Of a stretch of DNA of 64,000 bases, positions 62,363 through 64,000 are shown one piece after another. The notes beneath the pieces are model-generated. The model had not been told where the DNA came from, searched no databases, and saw nothing but the letters and a program-made list of their open reading frames with translations. The translations under genes were made by a program, and so were the position numbers. Positions within the stretch are counted from its first letter, which is position 1. The number at the start of each line of letters is the position of its first letter. Source of the DNA: Eledone cirrhosa (Eukaryota); assembly GCA_964016885.1 (NCBI GenBank), contig OZ024744.1, forward strand, positions 65,348,001 to 65,412,000. The letters run 5' to 3'.

Positions 62363-63594
62363 TATTCTTTATGAAACAGTTGTAAAAGCCTAAGAGGAGT
62401 GTCATGACATTTATTCTTCTGATAGTCATTGATAGTACTTAAAAAAGTTGAATGCACAAATACAAAGAAGCACCATCACTGATCACTATTATAACAACCC
62501 CCAAACAAAAATACATTGAAGCCTATTAAATGTTAATAGAAATAGAGCAGCGCTAAAGGTTTAGGAACTGAAATGAATGGTTATTATAAACAAATCCATA
62601 AAATGACTATTCTGTCTGACATTGGTTTTGATATGACTCACTCACACTTTTATGACTGCATCATCTTCATTTTGTAACAGGTAGCACTGCTACACAGTCA
62701 TCAAGAGATAAACACCTTCCTGAGGAGTGCCAATAAATGTATATACTTGTCTAGACCCAACATGCTCTTCAATATAAAAACTATATTTATCATCATTGTC
62801 GTCGTCGTCTTCACCCACTTATTCCTGAAAGGGTCATGGGGGCAGAGTCCTCAAACACTCCCTAGAACGGGTCCTGTCAGAAGCAACCATCTCCAACTGA
62901 TCTGGCTGGATCCCCAAGCGTGACCAGACAAGCTCATGGATGTTATCCAACCATCTTGCTCGGGGTCTCCTGCCAGTTGGTTTTGGCTGTAAAATCTGTC
63001 CAGTGATTCTTTCCAGAGACATTCTAACCACATGCCCATAGTATCAGAACTGTTATCTCTCAATTCGTAGAAGTAGTGGCTCTACCTGAAGTAACTCTCT
63101 GATCTCCGAGTTATGCATTTTATCAAGTAACATTACTCCAAAGACCTTTCGGAGGAATCCCATTTCGGTCACTTTTATTTGCGATCATATTCCTTTGGTC
63201 ACTACCCAAGATTCATGACCTTGGTTAAGGGTTCGCACAAAATTCATCATCGTCGTCATTTTTCTATGCTGACATGAGTAGATGGGATGTTTTGAGACAA
63301 TGTTTTAGATGCCTTTCCTGACACCAACCCATTTTTTTTAGTCACCTCTTACAAGACCCAGGGATATAGTGTGCCTATTCAAAAAAGTGTGATACATATT
63401 GTAAAAAAAATTTAAAAATTCAGCATTAATATCTTAAAATCAATTTTTACATGCTGGCATGGTTTAGACTCTGACTGTCTAGTTAACTGCGCCGGATCTG
63501 TCTCACAGCGGAACCCTAAAGTATATATATATTTTACAACCTAAGCATTACTGCCCTACATGAAAATTACAGTCACATCACTTTTAATACTTAC

Positions 63595-63675
63595 TGATAG
63601 ATTGTGGATGTGATGGCCACATAAGTTCTTGGCATCTACTTCTTTTTCCACTGTGATCAACATAAACACCCAATG
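63595..63675 (-). CDS. CDC42BPA: MRCK/CDC42BP kinase internal exon (CNH domain): (x)LGVYVDHSGKRSRCQELMWPSHPQSI; the gene continues beyond the window end
   Basis: Acceptor ctcttctttcag, donor gtaagt, 81 nt, phase 1->1. Matches the remembered MRCK CNH motif GIYTDCQGRRSRQQELMWP. The symbol denotes the family (MRCK/gek); paralog assignment is not meaningful here. Confidence 0.9.
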
Positions 63676-64000
63676 CTGAAAGAAGAGGAGAAAATAAAAC
63701 CTTGAAGTAAAATGTCAATCAAAATTGTTTGACTATTAACACTATTTGAGTCCTTCATTTAGTACAGTTTTAGTGTACTTATAGCACAAACCTATAATAT
63801 GAGTATGCATATATAATTGTAACACTTCTATTTTACCACCAAAATATGAATATGAGACATATTTTATTAGAATACAGGGTAGATAAAATAAAGTACCAGT
63901 AATGCCCTGGGTATTTGCTGGCCTTGTGCCAAAAGTAGAAACAATTATATTTTATTAGAAACAAAACAATTAAATAGAAATTAAAATCTATGATGTGAGG

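Noticed and set aside
62640-62770. Non-repetitive stretch with a gtgagt donor-like motif between CNH exons
   Set aside because: Exons 63595-63675 and 60859-60956 already join in phase and match MRCK without a gap. I saw no CNH-like translation here.

Overview
AT-rich, repeat-dense animal genomic DNA. The SINE/LINE/MITE repertoire and very long TA microsatellites suggest a coleoid cephalopod such as Octopus (inference). The only host gene I can support is the 3' part of a minus-strand MRCK / CDC42-binding protein kinase gene (CDC42BPA/B, Drosophila gek family), which the ORF track largely misses. I reconstructed it by hand from GT-AG exons with consistent phases. CNH-domain exons lie at 63595-63675, 60859-60956, 59636-59723 and 58398-58503. 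Two CRIB exons follow at 46383-46481 and 42967-43081, then tail exons at 42152-42302 and 40452-40600, and the terminal exon at 32933-33094. The main finding is the duplicated CRIB (Cdc42/Rac-binding) exon, whose splice phases allow one-CRIB, two-CRIB or truncated isoforms. Supporting this region are a candidate alternative last exon (38205-38300), a candidate CRIB-skipping microexon and a cluster of UGCAUG motifs. The rest of the window holds a decayed hAT-like transposase, RTE-type LINE fragments, several SINE families, two TTAA-flanked MITE families, Penelope-like hairpin inserts, an ~18 kb compound TA microsatellite and a 6.1 kb 30-bp minisatellite. All long ORFs in the supplied track are repeat artefacts.
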